Shown in pieces: positions 1 through 9,830 of a DNA stretch of 64,000 nt. The notes beneath the pieces were generated by a model that was not told the origin of the DNA, searched no databases, and saw only the letters and a list, made by a program, of their open reading frames with translations. The DNA is from Escherichia phage 348Ecol098PP. Location of the stretch: sequence record OR062947.1, one strand, 5' to 3'. Each line of letters opens with the position of its first letter. The first letter of the stretch is position 1. A program made the position numbers and the translations under genes.

Positions 1-1212
1 GACAATAATAATGCCTTTACCATTTTCTGCCATGACTTTAAGCGCGTTACGTGTTTCAGTATCAACTTCACCTGATACGTAATAAACTTTTTCGTATCCA
101 AGCTCTTTAATAGCTTCAAATATTTCTTTACCGTGTGTAACGTGTTTAAACATTACAAAGGCGTTCTCGTCTTTCTTAGCCAATTTGACTGAAAGTTGAG
201 CAATCCACTTTGTACGTCGTTTTAGTCCGGTAATAATTTTAACTTCTTCTTGGTATGTTTTACCTTTTAATTTAACAGTGAATTCGTCCGGATAACGAAG
301 GAAAATACTATTAATCTTAAGCTCAGTTACCTGTCCGTCTTCCATTAATTTAGACGTGCTAACAGGACGGAAGATTTCGCCGAACATACCTACGTACTGC
401 ATTACATTGGCTTTTCCGTCTCTTAATGAGCCAGATAAACCGAATTTAAACATGCAATTATTTAATCCCGAGATGATTGAAGAAATACTTTTGCCTGTTG
501 CTAAGTGGCATTCATCGTTCATCATCATACCGAACTGAGAGAACCATTCTTTAGGCTGCTTAACTACCGTTTGCCACGTGCCAACAATAATTGGAGCGTC
601 GTTTTTAGATTTGTCCGCTTTATCAGCACCACCACCAATTTTCTTAATCATCGAATGACTAAACAAACGATAATCAACAAAATCATTAGCCATCTGGGTT
701 GTCAATGCTGTTGTAGGGACGATAATGAGAATTTTACCTTCATAGTTCTCTAGATAATACCGAGCTAAAAGTGCTTGGATTAGTGATTTACCTGCTGATG
801 TCGGAAGGTTTAAAATTCGACGACGATTAACTAGTCCTTCGTATACTGCATCTTTTTGATACCAATGTGGTTCGATTTTGGCGTTGCCTGAATAAATTTC
901 TTGTTTAGAAAGCCATGCGTCAAAATCTTCCCTGGTAAGGTCTTCAGTCTCAAAGATTTTAGGGTCAATCCATACAGAATAACTCATATTGTTACAGAAC
1001 TTTTTTATTTGTCCTACAAGTCCATATGGTAACAAACGGTTGTAATCTAAAAGACGAATTCTACCATCCCATTGCCCATAGCGATATTTTGGGTTAAATT
1101 TATACCCGTCAGCTTCAAAGCTAAAAAAGTCACGAAGTTCGTAAAACGTACTTTCGTCGCATTCAATGCGAACGTGACTAAAATCATAAAAATGTACTTT
1201 AATGTCAGTCAT
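1..1212 (-). CDS. uvsW: UvsW-type helicase, N-terminal ~404 aa (C-terminus lies beyond window start)
   Basis: Minus-strand frame open from ATG at 1212 to window edge; translation MTDIKVHFYDFSHVRIECDE...; Walker A LPTSAGKS and DECH box; adjacent to inh/hoc as in T4. Confidence 0.8.
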   Translation of the reverse strand, partial: MTDIKVHFYDFSHVRIECDESTFYELRDFFSFEADGYKFNPKYRYGQWDGRIRLLDYNRLLPYGLVGQIKKFCNNMSYSVWIDPKIFETEDLTREDFDAWLSKQEIYSGNAKIEPHWYQKDAVYEGLVNRRRILNLPTSAGKSLIQALLARYYLENYEGKILIIVPTTALTTQMANDFVDYRLFSHSMIKKIGGGADKADKSKNDAPIIVGTWQTVVKQPKEWFSQFGMMMNDECHLATGKSISSIISGLNNCMFKFGLSGSLRDGKANVMQYVGMFGEIFRPVSTSKLMEDGQVTELKINSIFLRYPDEFTVKLKGKTYQEEVKIITGLKRRTKWIAQLSVKLAKKDENAFVMFKHVTHGKEIFEAIKELGYEKVYYVSGEVDTETRNALKVMAENGKGIIIV

Positions 1213-1241
1213 GTCAAATTACCATGTAATAAATATAGTTA

Positions 1242-1249
1242 TATTTATA
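1242..1249 (-). promoter_or_regulatory. Late promoter TATAAATA (uvsW)
   Basis: Plus-strand TATTTATA 30 nt upstream of uvsW ATG on minus strand. Confidence 0.5.
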
Positions 1250-1262
1250 ATGAGGAAATACC

Positions 1263-1931
1263 ATGATCGATAAAGACTATATTGAAGAGTTACGTGCTCT
1301 TTCTGATAAAAAGGAAGCCAAAGCTAAACTGTTTGAATATGCGGAACAATTTGGTATTAGTGTTAAGAAATCAAAATCATTCGATAATATTGTTATTGAT
1401 ATCGAAGAAGCTCTTAACGCACTGGCTGATGAACCATTACCTGAAACTGATGGATTATCTATTACCGATTTAATTACCGCCGCAGATGATGTGGACGGTG
1501 TTAATTTCACCAACGAAGAAGTTAAAGAAGAAGCTATTCTGTTGTTTGATTCTCCAACAGAACAAGTTGAAGTATTAGAAGTTGTCGAACAAGAAATAGA
1601 ATTCGACCATGATAAATTTGAAGAAGCAATTACTCAGGTTGTTGAATCTGAAAAAGAGCCTGAGCCAGAAGTAAATAAAGAAGTAAAATTTGTTCTGCCT
1701 GAAAATTTTAGTCCTACACTCATTAAATTAGGCAAAGGCCCAGGGTATGTTACTGTTCCTTGGTGGATTTATCAATGGATAGCTGAAACACCTGATTGGA
1801 AATCTCGCCCAACCAGTTTTGAACATGCGTCGGCACACCAAACATTATTTAGCTTAATTTATTATATTAATCGCGATGGATCAGTTCTAATTCGCGAAAC
1901 TCGTAATTCTTCTTTCGTAACATTAAAATAA
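1263..1931 (+). CDS. inh: Inh-like protein (inhibitor of prohead protease), acidic; positional assignment
   Basis: 222 aa ORF immediately upstream of hoc, same orientation, as in T4; acidic central region. Confidence 0.5.
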   Translation: MIDKDYIEELRALSDKKEAKAKLFEYAEQFGISVKKSKSFDNIVIDIEEALNALADEPLPETDGLSITDLITAADDVDGVNFTNEEVKEEAILLFDSPTEQVEVLEVVEQEIEFDHDKFEEAITQVVESEKEPEPEVNKEVKFVLPENFSPTLIKLGKGPGYVTVPWWIYQWIAETPDWKSRPTSFEHASAHQTLFSLIYYINRDGSVLIRETRNSSFVTLK

Positions 1932-1940
1932 GGATAACTT

Positions 1941-3356
1941 ATGGCCTTCACTGTCACGTTATCTCCTCTAACTCCTACAGGGGTTATTGGAGGTTCACAA
2001 ACATTCACTGCTACACCCGCAGGTGAAGCTCCAGACGGTACTATTACATACGTCTGGACTGTAGATGATATAACACAGGGCTCTACAGCTGCTACAATGG
2101 ATTATACTCTTGCTTCTCCAGCAGGAACAAAAAAAATTAAAGTGGTTGCAACTAATACACTTTCTGAAGGAGATCCGGAAATAGCTGAGGCATCAACAAC
2201 TATCACTGTTAATAAGAAAGAAAATAATTCCACTATCACTGTTACTCCGGCTTCTCCAGCGGCAGTAGAAATTGGAACAGCAACAACATTCACTGCTAAT
2301 GTAAACAATAAACCTACTGGTGCTGCTATTGTTTATACATGGAAAGTTGACGGGGACGCTGTCGACGGTCAAAAACAATCAACCTTTGAATATACACCAA
2401 CATCTGAAGGAACTAAGTCTATAACTTGCTCTGTCACAGTGACTGCAACTGATTACGTTGATAAAACGGTAGAATCATCAGCGGTTTCTTTGACTGTAAA
2501 TAAAAAGGCTAATTCTTCAACGCTAAAAATTACACCAGAGTCTCCGACTACAGTCTTTGGTGTTCCTATTACTTTAACTGCAAATGTCTCTAGTGCACCT
2601 TCAGGTGCTACTATAACATTCCAATGGTCAATGGATGACAGTAATATTCCGGATGCAACTTCTGCTACGTATAAATTCACTCCAACCGAAGTCGGAAGTA
2701 AAACTCTTAAATGCACCGCATCTGTTTCTGCAACAAATTATGTTACAAAAGAAATTTCAGCAGAAGCAACAGTAGTAACTAATAATGCGACATTTAATAG
2801 TGCCGCCATTTCTTTATCTCCGTCATCAGTTAATACTACTGTTGGTGAAACTGCAACTTTAACAGCATCTGTTACTGGTGCTCCTGGTGATACTAATATT
2901 GTGTATTCTTGGAAGAAAGACAATGTAGAAGAAAGTAATTCTACTAATACTTATAGTATTGATACCTCCTCAGCTGGTACTCATACAATTAAAGTTGAAG
3001 CAGTATTAACTAAAGATAATTATACTTCAAAGACAATTAGTTCAACCGCTGAAGTTGTCATTGCTGAACGGGCTCCAGTTGAACCAGAAGGTGAACTACC
3101 TTATGTTCATCCTCTTCCACATCGTACTTCAGCTTACATCTGGTGTGGATGGTGGGTTATGGATGAAATACAAAAAATGACTGAAGAAGGTAAAGATTGG
3201 AAAACTGAAGATCCGGATAGTAAGTATTACTTGCATCGTTATACGCTTCAGAAGATGATGAAAGACTACCCAGAAGTTGATGTTCAAGAATCACGTAATG
3301 GATACATCATCCATAAAACTGCTTTAGAAACTGGTATCATCTATACATATCCATAA
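1941..3356 (+). CDS. hoc: Hoc outer capsid decoration protein with four tandem Ig-like repeats plus C-terminal capsid-binding domain
   Basis: 471 aa; four ~95 aa Thr/Ser-rich repeats each ending ...TVNKK/..., then a Trp-rich C-terminal domain; position between inh and rnlB. Confidence 0.7.
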   Translation: MAFTVTLSPLTPTGVIGGSQTFTATPAGEAPDGTITYVWTVDDITQGSTAATMDYTLASPAGTKKIKVVATNTLSEGDPEIAEASTTITVNKKENNSTITVTPASPAAVEIGTATTFTANVNNKPTGAAIVYTWKVDGDAVDGQKQSTFEYTPTSEGTKSITCSVTVTATDYVDKTVESSAVSLTVNKKANSSTLKITPESPTTVFGVPITLTANVSSAPSGATITFQWSMDDSNIPDATSATYKFTPTEVGSKTLKCTASVSATNYVTKEISAEATVVTNNATFNSAAISLSPSSVNTTVGETATLTASVTGAPGDTNIVYSWKKDNVEESNSTNTYSIDTSSAGTHTIKVEAVLTKDNYTSKTISSTAEVVIAERAPVEPEGELPYVHPLPHRTSAYIWCGWWVMDEIQKMTEEGKDWKTEDPDSKYYLHRYTLQKMMKDYPEVDVQESRNGYIIHKTALETGIIYTYP

Positions 3357-3360
3357 TCGT

Positions 3361-3389
3361 AAGGGGCTTCGGCCCCTTTCTTCGTTTTT
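3361..3389 (+). terminator. Rho-independent terminator after hoc
   Basis: Hairpin GGGGC-TTCG-GCCCC followed by T-rich run. Confidence 0.6.
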
Positions 3390-3444
3390 AAAGCATAAAA
3401 ACACAACTTGAGATTGATGTATATAATGGCACCAACTCGATAAC

Positions 3445-3651
3445 ATGAGATTGATTATGAGAACTGAGGTTGAAGTTTATACATTACATGAGGCGGGATT
3501 TTCATTCGTAGAAATTGCTCAAAAAATCGGTTTACAACCTAAAGAAGTTGGATTACTATGGACTAAAGCCGAGATAGCTCGGTCAAAGTTTAAAGCAAAA
3601 GAAAAAGTTGTATACCGTAAACGTTTGATTAACAAAAAGGTGAAGAAATGA
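3445..3651 (+). CDS. Small basic protein with helix-turn-helix-like segment (T4 24.3 position)
   Basis: 68 aa ORF; FSFVEIAQKIGLQPKEV resembles HTH; lysine-rich tail. Confidence 0.4.
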   Translation: MRLIMRTEVEVYTLHEAGFSFVEIAQKIGLQPKEVGLLWTKAEIARSKFKAKEKVVYRKRLINKKVKK

Positions 3652-3899
3652 GTTTTGCACAGGAATTAAGAGAAAGGGCTCTGGCCACTAAAGCTAATTT
3701 GTTGAGTGATTTTATTACTAACTTCTCTGTGATGGCAGAGAAAGCTGCTGACAAAGGTCAGACACAATTCACGTACTATCCATCAAAGAATGATTTAACT
3801 ATCACTGAGCAAGTCGGGCAGTGGTTACGTGATAATGGCTTTCAGTATAAAATTAATCACGACCAGCGTGATGGTCATTGGATAGAAATCAAGTTCTAA
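3648..3899 (+). CDS. Hypothetical protein (T4 24.2 position)
   Basis: 83 aa ORF, start overlaps previous stop (ATGA). Confidence 0.4.
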   Translation: MSFAQELRERALATKANLLSDFITNFSVMAEKAADKGQTQFTYYPSKNDLTITEQVGQWLRDNGFQYKINHDQRDGHWIEIKF

Positions 3900-3901
3900 T
3901 A

Positions 3902-3927
3902 TGCTTTACATTTTTTGATGGTATAAT
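3902..3927 (+). promoter_or_regulatory. MotA-box type middle promoter (TGCTTTA, 13 nt, TATAAT) upstream of rnlB
   Basis: aTGCTTTAca at 3902-3908 and TATAAT at 3922-3927. Confidence 0.5.
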
Positions 3928-4018
3928 GAATCTAGGTTCTATCCATTCAAATTAAACATCTGGTCGGAGACAGAGTCTCTGCTAATTATTTTGATATTAT
4001 TATTTATAATGGTGATTT

Positions 4019-5017
4019 ATGTTTAAGAAATACAGCAGTCTTGAAAACCACTACAACTCTAAGTTTATTGAAAAACTCTACACTAATGGTTTGACTACTG
4101 GTGTTTGGGTAGCACGTGAGAAAATCCATGGGACCAACTTCTCGTTAATAATTGAACGTGACAACGTCACATGCGCCAAGCGCACAGGCCCTATTCTTCC
4201 AGCAGAAGATTTTTATGGTTATGAAATCGTACTCAAGAAGTATGATAAAGCTATTAAAGCCGTTCAGGAATTCATGTACACAGCTCGAGCCGTATCATAT
4301 CAAGTATTCGGTGAATTCGCTGGTGGTGGAATCCAGAAAGGTGTTGACTACGGTGAAAAAGATTTTTATGTGTTCGATATCCTTATCAATACAGAAAGTG
4401 GTGATAATACGTATTTGACCGATTACGAAATGCAAGATTTCTGTAATGAATTCGGTTTTAAAATGGCACCAATGCTTGGTCGTGGCACATTTGATGCTCT
4501 TATCATGATTCCAAACGACCTTGATTCTGTCTTAGCCGCTTATAATGCTACTGCGTCAGAAGACCTTGTCGAAGCAAATAATTGTGTATTTGATGCTAAT
4601 GTTATTGGCGATAATACGGCAGAAGGTTATGTTCTGAAACCTTGTTTTCCTAAATGGTTGCCAAACGGTACTCGTGTAGCTATTAAGTGCAAGAACTCTA
4701 AATTCAGTGAAAAGAAAAAGTCTGATAAGCCTATTAAAACTCAGGTTCCATTAACCGAAATTGACAAAAACTTGCTTGATGTCCTAGCTTGTTATGTTAC
4801 ATTAAACCGTGTTAATAATGTGATTTCTAAGATTGGGACTGTAACGCCAAAAGATTTTGGCAAAGTGATGGGATTGACTGTTCAAGATATTCTGGAAGAA
4901 ACTTCTCGTGAAGGTATTGTATTAACATCATCCGATAATCCGAATCTTGTTAAGAAAGAATTAGTCCGAATGGTGCAAGATGTTCTGCGTCCTGCATGGA
5001 TTGAATTAGTATCATAA
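4019..5017 (+). CDS. rnlB: RNA ligase 2
   Basis: 332 aa; lysine-adenylation motif KIHGTN near N-terminus; position next to gene 24 as in T4; preceded by MotA-box type promoter. Confidence 0.85.
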   Translation: MFKKYSSLENHYNSKFIEKLYTNGLTTGVWVAREKIHGTNFSLIIERDNVTCAKRTGPILPAEDFYGYEIVLKKYDKAIKAVQEFMYTARAVSYQVFGEFAGGGIQKGVDYGEKDFYVFDILINTESGDNTYLTDYEMQDFCNEFGFKMAPMLGRGTFDALIMIPNDLDSVLAAYNATASEDLVEANNCVFDANVIGDNTAEGYVLKPCFPKWLPNGTRVAIKCKNSKFSEKKKSDKPIKTQVPLTEIDKNLLDVLACYVTLNRVNNVISKIGTVTPKDFGKVMGLTVQDILEETSREGIVLTSSDNPNLVKKELVRMVQDVLRPAWIELVS

Positions 5018-5020
5018 CTA

Positions 5021-5048
5021 AAAAGGGACCGTAAGGTCCCTTTTTTTG
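5021..5048. terminator. Bidirectional terminator between rnlB (+) and gene 24 (-)
   Basis: GGGACC-GTAA-GGTCCC flanked by A-run and T-run. Confidence 0.65.
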
Positions 5049-5049
5049 T

Positions 5050-6333
5050 TTATTCATCTATAATAATTTTAGGCAATTTAACACCGAGTAAAACAGACAA
5101 GTCTGAACGTCCTGCCATTTTATCCATGTCCCCACCATCAATTATTCTCGCTTCTTTTTCGTCTTTTGCTACTGTGTAAGGATTTGCTGATAAAGCATAT
5201 CTAACCAATAATCCAATAGACGGTTGCAAGCTTTCTGGATCAACTACAACTTTAAATGCACCAACATGTTCCGGGTCATCTAAATCTACTCCTTCAGTGT
5301 ATGGAGCATAAAAGATGGACCCTACAATTTCTTTTTCGCCGATATTTTCTACAACACCCACAATAACATAATCTAACGGACTGTTGGTATCGCAGTAAAG
5401 AGGTAATCCATTTGCCAAGAATCCATAAGCATTTTGTGAAAGATACTTGTCATCTTCTGGCTTATGTTTTAACCAACCAGAAGCAGCAAGAATAGCAGCT
5501 GCACGAGCTGAGGCTACACAAAACGTTGCAGTATAAGTTGTCTCTTTTTGAATGTGTGATACCATTTCACACACCATTCGATATAATGAACGACCTGCTT
5601 CTGGAGCGGATGCATAGCTCAAGTCAATAAATCCAGTGTCAGTAATTCCAGTAACTTTATAACGTTTCGATACAGTAATTAAAGACTGAAGAATATCTTT
5701 ATTAATTTCATCAGCCATTTCAGTAGCAAGCAAATCTTCTAAGAAGTTAGGGGCATCAAATCCATTCGCTTCTAAATCTTGCGCTAATTCGACCGTGAGG
5801 CCAGTTTTAAGTTTACGAGATTTGACTGAAGTTTGCCATTTATTAATCTGGAATCTTGCATCAGAAATTTCGCTATCGGAGCTTTCAAATTTGCTTGTTA
5901 CCGCTGCATCTGAAAATAACCGTACCTTTAAATGAACGACTGCAATTTGAAGAGCTAATTCTAGATCACTTTCTTGAATATCTGCAAATGGTGTATCTTC
6001 TAACACCTTATAGACGATATTATTATATTTGAAAAAATCACCTTTATTTAGTGTGACTTTTGATTCTTCTGTGAGCTCAGTAATTTTTTCTCGGTCTACA
6101 TATCCAACTTCACCCGCATAAGTAGCACCAGTTTTAAATGTGAATTCATTATCTGGGTTAAGATATTTGATACCATAAAAAGCAGCAACAGGCTGATTAG
6201 TTCTTTGTGTTGCTACAATGTCAGAATATATTAATTTAGTCGTAGCGCGAGTCAAAGCAACGAGATTTGGGCGACCAATTGAGTTGCTAGTAGACGTTGT
6301 AGATTCACGCAATAATTTTTGGATTTTACTCAT
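5050..6333 (-). CDS. 24: Capsid vertex protein gp24
   Basis: 427 aa, same length as T4 gp24; synteny upstream of gene 23; late promoter at 6361-6368. Confidence 0.9.
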   Translation of the reverse strand: MSKIQKLLRESTTSTSNSIGRPNLVALTRATTKLIYSDIVATQRTNQPVAAFYGIKYLNPDNEFTFKTGATYAGEVGYVDREKITELTEESKVTLNKGDFFKYNNIVYKVLEDTPFADIQESDLELALQIAVVHLKVRLFSDAAVTSKFESSDSEISDARFQINKWQTSVKSRKLKTGLTVELAQDLEANGFDAPNFLEDLLATEMADEINKDILQSLITVSKRYKVTGITDTGFIDLSYASAPEAGRSLYRMVCEMVSHIQKETTYTATFCVASARAAAILAASGWLKHKPEDDKYLSQNAYGFLANGLPLYCDTNSPLDYVIVGVVENIGEKEIVGSIFYAPYTEGVDLDDPEHVGAFKVVVDPESLQPSIGLLVRYALSANPYTVAKDEKEARIIDGGDMDKMAGRSDLSVLLGVKLPKIIIDE

Positions 6334-6360
6334 TGCATTTTTTCCTTATGTGATATAGAT

Positions 6361-6368
6361 TATTTATA
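6361..6368 (-). promoter_or_regulatory. Late promoter TATAAATA (gene 24)
   Basis: Plus-strand TATTTATA upstream of gene 24 start. Confidence 0.6.
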
Positions 6369-6374
6369 AAGATT

Positions 6375-6434
6375 GTTTACAACGTATTTGGTACGTGATA
6401 CTATAGACTTATCAACTACAGAGGAGTAAACAAA
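6375..6434 (+). promoter_or_regulatory. Early promoter cassette: -35 GTTTAC, 18 nt, extended -10 TGaTACTAT, 5'UTR with SD GAGGAG
   Basis: GTTTAC 6375-6380, TACTAT 6399-6404; 6395-6440 identical to 42998-43043. Confidence 0.6.
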
Positions 6435-6704
6435 ATGACTAAAGCACGTTTCTTACGAGATACTTTAAAAGTTCTGGAAGCTGAAGCAGTTAAGTTAGTA
6501 GAAAAATATGGTGCAAAAGTTAATGGTAATGCCTTCAACAAAGTATGGATGAAAGTTGATTCTGAAGCTCGAGCTAAAGGTTATTGGGCCACTGATAAAC
6601 TTGCATCATTCAAAAACAAAGACGGTTCTCCAGCATATGTCCAAGAAGGTATGCCTAATTGGCAAAATATTTTGAAAACTTACATCGAAATTGCACAGAA
6701 ATAA
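6435..6704 (+). CDS. Hypothetical protein expressed from an early-promoter cassette, antisense to flanking capsid genes
   Basis: 89 aa ORF with SD GAGGAG, own GTTTAC/-10 promoter, followed by hairpin terminator; sits between genes 24 and 23. Confidence 0.5.
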   Translation: MTKARFLRDTLKVLEAEAVKLVEKYGAKVNGNAFNKVWMKVDSEARAKGYWATDKLASFKNKDGSPAYVQEGMPNWQNILKTYIEIAQK

Positions 6705-6707
6705 AAC

Positions 6708-6736
6708 CAAAAATGGGAGACCGAAGTCTCCCAAAA
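6708..6736. terminator. Bidirectional terminator between ORF 6435-6704 (+) and gene 23 (-)
   Basis: GGGAGAC-CGAA-GTCTCCC flanked by A-rich runs. Confidence 0.6.
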
Positions 6737-6756
6737 TAAGATTTAATCAATTAAGA

Positions 6757-8325
6757 TTAGATGCCTTTTACATATACACGGCGGAAGTAAGCGTTCTTAC
6801 CAAGGCTGTTCAGGATAGACGGCATACCGGACTGGATGCGAGCACCTGGAGCCTGCAGGGAACTTTCAGCAAACGGGTTAACACCGATACCGTAACGAGT
6901 TTTAAAGCCCATTACCGGCTGGAAGTTCTTAGGATCGGAACCACGCAGTGGGGTAAGTGCAACGTAAGGAGCATAGTAAATACCTGCATCCATTTCGTTA
7001 GCGCCTTTGTAACCAACGGTGAAGTAATCCTGTTTAGCATACTGGTCGATGTATACGCGGTATTTACCACCAAGTACACCGGCAAATACAGACTTAGTAG
7101 TGTCGGTATTAAAACCAGAAGCCAGACCCTGTGCAGCATAAGAAATACCAGTATCAACTGAAGCCAGTACGTTAACTACGTTACGGGAAGCGATAATGAA
7201 GTTACCTTCACCACGACCGGTTTGACGAGCAATTTCAACTGCTTCTTTATCAATCTGGAACAACAGAGATTTAAAGCTTTCACCGGCCCAACGAGCACCA
7301 CGGATATCAATCGGGTCCTGGAAGTCAAATACACCAGCTTTAGAACCCGGAGTCAGGGTCATACCAGATTTACCAACCTGTGCCGAGTAGTTAATCCAAT
7401 CAACAACTTCACGGTTGATTTCTAGCATAATTTCTGTAGCCAGAATACCGCTCAGTTCAGCATCAGCATCCATACCGTGTACTGCACGGAGGTCTTGTGC
7501 CAATTCGATGGAGTAAGCAGCTTTCAGCTGGCGAGATTTAGCTTCGATAACTTGTTTATCGATACGGAAGCCCATTTCGTTCCACGGGTTGTCGGTAGAA
7601 CCGTTGAAACCTTCCTGGAGTTCAGCGATAGAAGTAGCCATACCTTCAGCGATTTCTACCAGTGCACCAGCTTCCATTTGTTTCTTAACTTCTGCATCTA
7701 ATTTAGCTGCATCAGTTGCACCAGAATCAAGTGTTACGATAGCAGAAGCTTGCAGATATACAGTACCAGTTTCTTGGAAGAAGTGAGTATAGATATCACC
7801 TACAACAGTAGTAGTGTCAGCAGCCAGAGCTGGGAATTTCTTAGCAGCACCCTGTCCAGAGAACATCGCGTCTGGGGCATACATCGGATGGAAAGCTTCT
7901 TTAGCGCCAGCAGCGATAGGGTCTTTACCATATACTGCACGGAGAGCAAATACCTGACCGGTAGGGCTGTTCATAGGCTGAACACCACAAATATCAAAAG
8001 CGATCAGATTAGGAATAGCACGACGAACCATACCCATAACTGCCGGCCCAATTTGGGTTACTGCACCAGAGGTTTGACCTGCTGCGATGTTCTGAGCATT
8101 ATAACCGTGGTCACCACCAATTTCAGCTTCGGTCAAGAAAGAACCAAATGCCTGAGCGATTTTCTCGTCTTTATATTCAGGGGATACTTCGAAATCTTTT
8201 TCCTGGTTTTCGAAGATTTTAGCGATAATAGCCTGCTTGCTATTAGCGATTTCCGGCAGGCCTTCACCTTCCAGCAGTTCTTTCCATTTGTCTACGAGCT
8301 GAGCTTTAGTTTTGATAGTAGTCAT
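6757..8325 (-). CDS. 23: Major capsid protein gp23
   Basis: 522 aa; N-terminal MTTIKTKAQL...GLPEIANSKQAIIAKIFENQEKDF and body closely match remembered T4 gp23. Confidence 0.97.
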   Translation of the reverse strand: MTTIKTKAQLVDKWKELLEGEGLPEIANSKQAIIAKIFENQEKDFEVSPEYKDEKIAQAFGSFLTEAEIGGDHGYNAQNIAAGQTSGAVTQIGPAVMGMVRRAIPNLIAFDICGVQPMNSPTGQVFALRAVYGKDPIAAGAKEAFHPMYAPDAMFSGQGAAKKFPALAADTTTVVGDIYTHFFQETGTVYLQASAIVTLDSGATDAAKLDAEVKKQMEAGALVEIAEGMATSIAELQEGFNGSTDNPWNEMGFRIDKQVIEAKSRQLKAAYSIELAQDLRAVHGMDADAELSGILATEIMLEINREVVDWINYSAQVGKSGMTLTPGSKAGVFDFQDPIDIRGARWAGESFKSLLFQIDKEAVEIARQTGRGEGNFIIASRNVVNVLASVDTGISYAAQGLASGFNTDTTKSVFAGVLGGKYRVYIDQYAKQDYFTVGYKGANEMDAGIYYAPYVALTPLRGSDPKNFQPVMGFKTRYGIGVNPFAESSLQAPGARIQSGMPSILNSLGKNAYFRRVYVKGI

Positions 8326-8342
8326 TTGTGTTAACCTTTAAA

Positions 8343-9155
8343 TTAGAAACGAGATGCGACTTTCGCATATAAACTTACATTAGAATTCTGTTCTACCTGA
8401 GTTGTGGTAGTGTCAACTGCTTCGGCAACAAAATTAAGACCGGCAGCGTCATTGTCAACTGTATTTATACTTTCGGTAATAGCGGCTTCTTCTTTAGTAG
8501 AACCTTTAACCATTTCTACAATAGCAGTTAACTTAGTACCAAATGCGTCAGAATAATCCATACCTTCAACCAGGCCAATAACTTTTTCTTTCTGAGATTC
8601 AGTCAGGTCTTTTACGCTTTCATTAATAGCGGTTTCACGCTGAACGTAATTGATATATGCATCACGTTTGGTAACTTCTTCGAACAAACGAGCGGTTTCT
8701 TCTTTATGTTCGGCCAGCTCTTCTTCCATTTCTGCTACAACATCTACAGATTCTTCTGGAACAACAACGTTATGTTCAACAAACAGTTCTTTCAGACCAC
8801 CAAGCATGGATTCGAACAAATCAGCTTTAATGCCTTTATCAACTGCGATTTGGTTTTCTGCGAGCCATTCTTTTGCAAGATGGTCTAGGAATTTAGAAGC
8901 TTGTTCAGCCAATTTTTTATCAGCTTTCTCTTCAGCATCTTCTTTAGCCTTTTCAACTTCTTCTTCGGCCTTTTCGGCGATGGCTTTGATATGAGATTCA
9001 GCCAGTTTGACTGCTTCCTGCTTAACGGTGGCTTCGAATACAGTGCTGAAATTAGCTTTAACGTCCGGAGACAGTTCTACTGATTCGAAAACACTATTAA
9101 GAGCAACTGAAGTCTCGATGTTCTGAGCTTCTTTCAAAAGTTGTTCTTTGATCAT
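8343..9155 (-). CDS. 22: Prohead core scaffold protein gp22
   Basis: 270 aa, acidic coiled-coil, synteny 21-22-23. Confidence 0.85.
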   Translation of the reverse strand: MIKEQLLKEAQNIETSVALNSVFESVELSPDVKANFSTVFEATVKQEAVKLAESHIKAIAEKAEEEVEKAKEDAEEKADKKLAEQASKFLDHLAKEWLAENQIAVDKGIKADLFESMLGGLKELFVEHNVVVPEESVDVVAEMEEELAEHKEETARLFEEVTKRDAYINYVQRETAINESVKDLTESQKEKVIGLVEGMDYSDAFGTKLTAIVEMVKGSTKEEAAITESINTVDNDAAGLNFVAEAVDTTTTQVEQNSNVSLYAKVASRF

Positions 9156-9185
9156 TTTAGTGTCCTGTGGTTTAGATTACATTAT

Positions 9186-9193
9186 TATTTATA
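9186..9193 (-). promoter_or_regulatory. Late promoter TATAAATA (gene 22)
   Basis: Plus-strand TATTTATA upstream of gene 22 start. Confidence 0.6.
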
Positions 9194-9830
9194 ATGCTTT
9201 TAAACTCTCTGCGAGAGCTTTAAATGCTTCATCAGCACTGTTTTTGGTGGTTTCCACCGAATTTTCTGATTCTGATATTTGTTTAGGAGTAACCCAAGCA
9301 TCTGGAGCAGAAGGTCCCCATACGGCATCTACGCCGACGGTTAATTTAAATCCTTCGTTCACGATACGGTACCCTTTATTGGTGTCGGTTAAAGAACCAA
9401 GACCACGAGAGGAAACACCTGGAATCCAACCAGCTCGTATATTAGCAGCTAATTTATCACCGGGACCATGGTCGCCTTCAATAATTCTAGCACGTCCATA
9501 TACATCGTTTCCTTTCCACCACATATCTTCAATAATGATAGCGGCTTGCATAGGGTCAACATTTGCACGAGGTGGATGGTTTAATTCTCCAAGGGCTTGT
9601 TTGGTTGCGACTTGTTCTTTAATATAGTCACTTACTGCTTTTTCCAAAACGCGTTTAGGATATAAACGTTTATTTCGGTTAACAACCTCTGCCTGAAGAA
9701 AAATACCTTCTATATAAAGCCCTGGTTTTAAGCCAGAATCTTTTCCATCATGAGATTCCAACATTGGAACGCCATCAATAATCTCACCGGGTTGACCCCA
9801 AGTTTCAATAAGTAACTCGGGTTTATTCAT
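9189..9830 (-). CDS. 21: Prohead protease gp21
   Basis: 213 aa; size and synteny match T4 gp21. Confidence 0.88.
   Translation of the reverse strand: MNKPELLIETWGQPGEIIDGVPMLESHDGKDSGLKPGLYIEGIFLQAEVVNRNKRLYPKRVLEKAVSDYIKEQVATKQALGELNHPPRANVDPMQAAIIIEDMWWKGNDVYGRARIIEGDHGPGDKLAANIRAGWIPGVSSRGLGSLTDTNKGYRIVNEGFKLTVGVDAVWGPSAPDAWVTPKQISESENSVETTKNSADEAFKALAESLKAL

Noticed and set aside
2102-2923. Minus-strand ORFs (2102-2308, 2193-2378, 2453-2716, 2738-2923) inside hoc
   Set aside because: Antisense to a well-supported long gene with repeat-rich sequence; no start context; low-complexity translations.
8650-9083. Plus-strand ORFs inside gene 22 (8650-8994, 8706-8888, 8901-9083)
   Set aside because: Antisense to the scaffold gene; Ser/Phe-rich low-complexity translations typical of spurious frames opposite acidic coiled-coil genes.
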